Below are positions 63,797 through 64,000 of a stretch of 64,000 nt of DNA, piece by piece. The stretch spans positions 147,044,527 through 147,108,526 of the forward strand of contig NC_083402.1 in assembly GCF_020745735.1 (NCBI RefSeq), written 5' to 3'. The translations under genes and the position numbers were made by a program. The DNA comes from Hemiscyllium ocellatum (Eukaryota). A model generated the notes under the pieces. That model searched no databases. It was not told the DNA's origin and was given only the letters and a program-made list of their open reading frames with translations. Position 1 is the first letter of the stretch. Every line of letters starts with the position of its first letter.

Positions 63797-64000
63797 TCTG
63801 AACCAGATGTTGTTCAGTTGTTTCCAACATTTTCCGAACATCCCTTGAGTGATACCAGCAAGATATCTTGCTCCTGGTAGGGCCACAGATGGTGGTTAGG
63901 CTTGGGAGGAGACAAAGTGCCATTTAAATAGTCTTCAATGGTAGAACAAGACAAGAACATTTGCAGATGATACAAACATAGGTGGAGGGGCAGGTATTAT

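Overview
Vertebrate genomic DNA, almost certainly from a shark (elasmobranch), judged by HE1-type V-SINEs sharing a 3' tail with HER1/CR1 LINEs and by Deu/SacSINE-like relics. The only host coding exon I recognise is the 91-nt first coding exon of slc1a1 (EAAT3) on the minus strand at 4798-4888. Bases 1-4797 are therefore intron 1, and the remaining ~59 kb is repeat-rich 5' flank. That flank holds an intronless GIPC1-like retrocopy (41358-41705), a tRNA-Gly pseudogene, a 16-bp minisatellite, many CR1 fragments, a Rex1/Babar LINE, a near full-length RTE LINE, a decayed Gypsy element and Penelope-like (GIY-YIG) fragments. The most striking signal is RNA-level. About 20 short Penelope-derived inserts, in three sequence families, carry minimal type-I hammerhead ribozyme motifs. 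Many are fold-back elements with 9-16 bp target-site duplications and a one-sided terminal tail, and their stems covary between families. Separately, the 5' end of the RTE element folds into an HDV-like ribozyme whose predicted G1 is the first base of the insertion. Repeat boundaries were read by eye and are approximate unless a TSD is quoted.
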